Assembly: GCA_012799185.1 (NCBI GenBank) | Contig: JAAZLS010000078.1 | Location: forward strand, 2,849 to 66,848 | Reading direction: 5' to 3' | From: Bacillota bacterium | GTDB lineage: Bacteria > Bacillota > Dethiobacteria > DTU022 | Length of the DNA: 64,000 nucleotides | In this document: positions 60,875 through 64,000 of the stretch, one piece after another | Position numbering within the stretch: position 1 is the stretch's first letter | Layout of the letters: each line of letters begins with the position of its first letter | The notes under the pieces: generated by a model | The model's database searches: none | Told to the model about the DNA's origin: nothing | What the model saw: only the letters and a program-made list of their open reading frames with translations | Translations under genes and position numbers: made by a program

Positions 60875-63292
60875 ATGGCAGAGCAAGAGCGGATTGTACC
60901 AGTAAATATATACCAGGAGGTTAAAACTTCCTTCCTCGATTACGCCATGAGTGTGATTGTTAGCCGGGCTTTACCGGACGTGCGGGATGGGTTAAAGCCG
61001 GTTCATCGCCGGATTCTTTATTCGATGCATGAGATGGGGTCAACTCACAATAAACCCTACCGTAAATCGGCACGGATAGTGGGGGAGGTTATGGGTAAAT
61101 ATCACCCCCACGGTGATACGGCCATTTACGATACTTTAACCCGGATGGCGCAGGATTTTTCCAGCCGTTACTGCCTGGTAGACGGCCATGGTAATTTCGG
61201 TTCCCTTGATGGGGATGCGGCGGCGGCCATGCGCTATACGGAGGCGCGGTTGGCACCTATCTCCTCCGAGCTGTTAACAGATATTCAGAAAGATACGGTG
61301 GATTTTAGGCCTAATTTTGATGAAAGTTTACAGGAGCCGGTGGTTCTACCATCTCGTTTCCCTAATTTACTAGTTAATGGTTCAGCCGGGATTGCGGTCG
61401 GGATGGCTACTAATATTCCGCCCCATAATTTAGGTGAGGTGATCGCGGCCCTACATCACCTAATAGCCCATCCCGAGGCCTCCCTAGAAAGTCTCTTACA
61501 ACATATAAAGGGACCAGATTTCCCCACTGCCGGTATTATTTTAGATTCCGGGAACATAAGGGAGGCCTACCGGACAGGGCGAGGGGTAATTAAGATTAGG
61601 GGCCGGGTCTATATTGATAAAAAAGGTAAGGGTCGCAACCAAATAATTATTAGCGAACTTCCTTATCAGCAAAATAAAGCCCGGTTGGTAGAAAAAATTG
61701 CGGAGCTGGTAAAAGGTAAAAAAATTGAGGGAATTACCGATTTACGGGATGAATCAGACCGCTCGGGAGTCCGGGTAGTAATCGATGTCAGGCGAGATTA
61801 CGACCCCCAAGTAATCATTAACCAGCTCTACCGGTTTACCCCGTTACAACAAAGTTTTGGGATCATTTTATTGGCCCTTGTAAACGGGGAGCCAAAGGTT
61901 TTAAATTTAAAAGAGATCCTTGAACATTACCTGGAATACCAGCGGGAGGTAATCAGGCGACGGACCCGGCATGACCTCCAGCGGGCTGAAGATCGGTTGC
62001 ATATTGTTGAGGGATTAAAGGTGGCTCTCTCCCGGTTGGACGAGGTTATCGCCCTGATTCGGCGCTCCCCCGATGTGCCTGCTGCCCGCAATGGATTGAT
62101 GAAACTGCTTGAAATTACAGAGAGACAGGCCCAGGCTATTTTAGATATGAGGCTACACCGGTTAACCGGGCTGGAGATCGGTAAGCTTGAGGAAGAGTAC
62201 CGGGAACTGGTAAAACGGATTACCTACCTTAGGAAAGTTCTCGCCGATCCTGGGCTGGTGTTACAAATTATCAGGGATGAACTGCAGCAGATAAAAGAGA
62301 GGTATGCCGATGGGCGACGCACCCAGATTATCGGGGATGACGAGGAGTTTTCGGAGACCGATTTAATTTTTGAAGAAGATGTAGTAATTACTATTACTGA
62401 CCGGGGTTATATAAAACGGCTCCCCCTTTCAACCTATCGTAGCCAGCGCCGGGGAGGGAAAGGGGTCATCGGGATGCAACCGCTGGAGGATGATCGGGTC
62501 GAGCAGATCTACATCACCTCTACCCATCACCGGCTGCTCTGCTTTAGCAATTTAGGTAAGGTATACATGTTGCAGGCTCACGAGGTGCCGGAGTCGAGCC
62601 GCCAATCCCGGGGGACCCCCCTGGTAAACCTTCTCCCCCTGGAGAAGGAGGAATTTATTACCGCCCTTTTACCGATCTATCGTTTTGAAAAGAAAATTAC
62701 CTTGTTGATGGTTACCTCCCTGGGGGTTGTTAAGAAAACCCTTTTGAGCGAGTACCGCTATACCAGGAAAAATGGAATAATTGCCTTAACGTTGGGTAAA
62801 GGTGATGAGCTCATCGCTGTGCAGCCCACCGATGGCGAGAGGGAAATATTAATAGGGAGCAGTAGCGGGCTCTTTATTCGCTTTAATGAGAGCGAGGTCC
62901 GGACCATGGGGCGCACCGCCCGGGGGGTAAGGGGAATAGCCCTCGATAAGGGTGCCCGGGTAGTGGGAGCCGATTTAATTAGTGATAAACAAGAGGTATT
63001 TATGGTTACCGAGCAGGGGTATGGGAAACGGGTTTTAGGTAGCGAATTTAAAGGCCAGCGCCGGGGGGGAAAAGGAGTTATTGGAATAAAGGTAAGCCCC
63101 ACCAGCGGCCCGCTGATCGGATTTCTTATCCCCGACCAGGATCAGGAAGAGGTAATTTTAATTACAGCCCGGGGGCAGGTAATCCGGCATAAGATTAAGG
63201 AGGTCTCGGTCCTGGGCCGTTATTCCCGGGGGGTGACCCTAATGAATGTGGAACAAGAAGACCGGGTGGTTAACTTTAGCGGGGTAGAATAG
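60875..63292 (+). CDS. gyrA: DNA gyrase subunit A
   Basis: Active-site region ([11 protein letters not shown] with catalytic Tyr), QRDR-like segment ([11 protein letters not shown]), C-terminal beta-pinwheel repeats. 805 aa. Confidence 0.97.
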   Translation: MAEQERIVPVNIYQEVKTSFLDYAMSVIVSRALPDVRDGLKPVHRRILYSMHEMGSTHNKPYRKSARIVGEVMGKYHPHGDTAIYDTLTRMAQDFSSRYCLVDGHGNFGSLDGDAAAAMRYTEARLAPISSELLTDIQKDTVDFRPNFDESLQEPVVLPSRFPNLLVNGSAGIAVGMATNIPPHNLGEVIAALHHLIAHPEASLESLLQHIKGPDFPTAGIILDSGNIREAYRTGRGVIKIRGRVYIDKKGKGRNQIIISELPYQQNKARLVEKIAELVKGKKIEGITDLRDESDRSGVRVVIDVRRDYDPQVIINQLYRFTPLQQSFGIILLALVNGEPKVLNLKEILEHYLEYQREVIRRRTRHDLQRAEDRLHIVEGLKVALSRLDEVIALIRRSPDVPAARNGLMKLLEITERQAQAILDMRLHRLTGLEIGKLEEEYRELVKRITYLRKVLADPGLVLQIIRDELQQIKERYADGRRTQIIGDDEEFSETDLIFEEDVVITITDRGYIKRLPLSTYRSQRRGGKGVIGMQPLEDDRVEQIYITSTHHRLLCFSNLGKVYMLQAHEVPESSRQSRGTPLVNLLPLEKEEFITALLPIYRFEKKITLLMVTSLGVVKKTLLSEYRYTRKNGIIALTLGKGDELIAVQPTDGEREILIGSSSGLFIRFNESEVRTMGRTARGVRGIALDKGARVVGADLISDKQEVFMVTEQGYGKRVLGSEFKGQRRGGKGVIGIKVSPTSGPLIGFLIPDQDQEEVILITARGQVIRHKIKEVSVLGRYSRGVTLMNVEQEDRVVNFSGVE

Positions 63293-63297
63293 TATAA

Positions 63298-64000
63298 TGA
63301 AGGGTATAGTAGCCGCCACAAAAAATAGGTTTATCTATTTCGTCCTACTAATATTAATGGTCGTCGTAAGCGGATGTGGGCAACCGACGGGGCACACCGG
63401 GGAAAACCTGACGATAAGTTGTGATGTTGCTATCGTTGGTAAGGGTATGGCGGCGTTTACCGCAGCGTTGGAGGCTACCCAGCAGGGAGCGCAGGTGCTG
63501 ATGCTGGTGGAACCCGGCGTTTCGGCGGGAGGGCTGTTGGAAGAAGGGGTAGGGGTAATTTCGCAAAAGGTTGTCCTGGATCTGGCGGAGGGTAATGATG
63601 CGGTGGGGGAGAACCGGGAAGGAGAGGGGGAACCCCCGCCTGAGTACGACCAATTTTCCGGGAAGGGCTGGTGCTTTGACCTTATTACACGCAGCTCTTA
63701 CCGGGATTTAAACTGGCTTAGCCGGGAGGCGGGGTTGAAGTTACTAGCAAAACCCCCGGCTAGGTACACTTTTGCCAATCCTCCGGGGGTTCAAAAAAAA
63801 CTACTGGAGGCGGTGGTCGCCAGGGGGGTCCAGGTTATAGAGCAGGTAACTATAACCGGTATCGAAGAGAGCGAATCGCCCCCGTTTTTTAAGATTAGCC
63901 TGAAGCCGGTTGAAGGTTTGGGGGAAGAGGTATATGCCCGGGCGGTAATATTGGCCGATGGGGGCTACCTGAACTGTCCGGCGATGCTGAAAGAGTATGC
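63298..64000 (+). CDS. FAD-dependent oxidoreductase, predicted lipoprotein (3' end beyond window)
   Basis: Open frame from ATG 63298 to the window end, absent from the ORF table because it has no stop. Lipoprotein signal (basic n-region, hydrophobic core, lipobox VVSGC). Followed by a Rossmann dinucleotide motif DVAIVGKGMAAFTAALEA. Confidence 0.55.

Noticed and set aside
63354-63653. 99-aa minus-strand ORF downstream of gyrA
   Set aside because: Antisense to the much longer plus-strand open frame, which has a convincing lipoprotein signal and FAD-binding motif.

Overview
This 64-kb window spans the chromosomal replication origin of a spore-forming Firmicute (Clostridia-like, roughly 55% GC). 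Gene order is strongly syntenic with the Bacillus subtilis oriC neighbourhood.

Plus strand (55.2-64.0 kb): dnaA, an oriC cluster of DnaA boxes with an AT-rich unwinding element, dnaN, a DUF721 protein, a DUF370 protein, gyrB, gyrA, and a partial FAD-oxidoreductase lipoprotein. recF is absent from this locus.

Minus strand, diverging from dnaA: rpmH, rnpA, yidD, yidC, jag, mnmE, rsmG, noc, soj, spo0J, a DUF4446 gene, an M23 peptidase next to a bactofilin, yyaC on the plus strand, a CvpA-like gene, adk, a DUF951 gene, rpsF, ssb, rpsR, rplI, a LonB-like protease, the replicative helicase dnaB, and a second M23 peptidase. mnmG is absent between mnmE and rsmG.

Continuing on the minus strand: walR-walK-yycH-yycI, then murA, a histidine phosphatase, htrA and an MBL hydrolase.

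Accessory island on the plus strand at 22.5-28.5 kb: a sigma-54 promoter precedes a FocA-like formate/nitrite-family channel that carries a roughly 90-aa N-terminal four-cysteine domain. It is followed by a free-standing paralog of that domain, an Fe-containing alcohol dehydrogenase, a cytoplasmic GAF-PAS histidine kinase and a sigma-54-dependent NtrC-type response regulator. This is the most novel-looking system in the window.

Remainder of the minus strand (0-20 kb): transaldolase, rho, a LysM-M23 peptidase, rpmE, a DUF1385 gene, prfA, prmC, sigG immediately followed by spoIIR, a Na/Pi cotransporter, sua5, a YwlE-like low-molecular-weight phosphatase, rpiB, glyA, a dCMP deaminase, and a complete V-type ATPase operon (I-K-E-C-F-A-B; the B subunit runs off the window start). 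The V-type operon sits where Bacillus carries the F1Fo atp operon. A class A PBP on the plus strand carries an unusual Cys/His-rich C-terminal tail.

No tRNA or rRNA genes, CRISPR arrays or mobile elements were seen. All calls rest on reading the translated ORFs and the raw sequence; no database searches were run.
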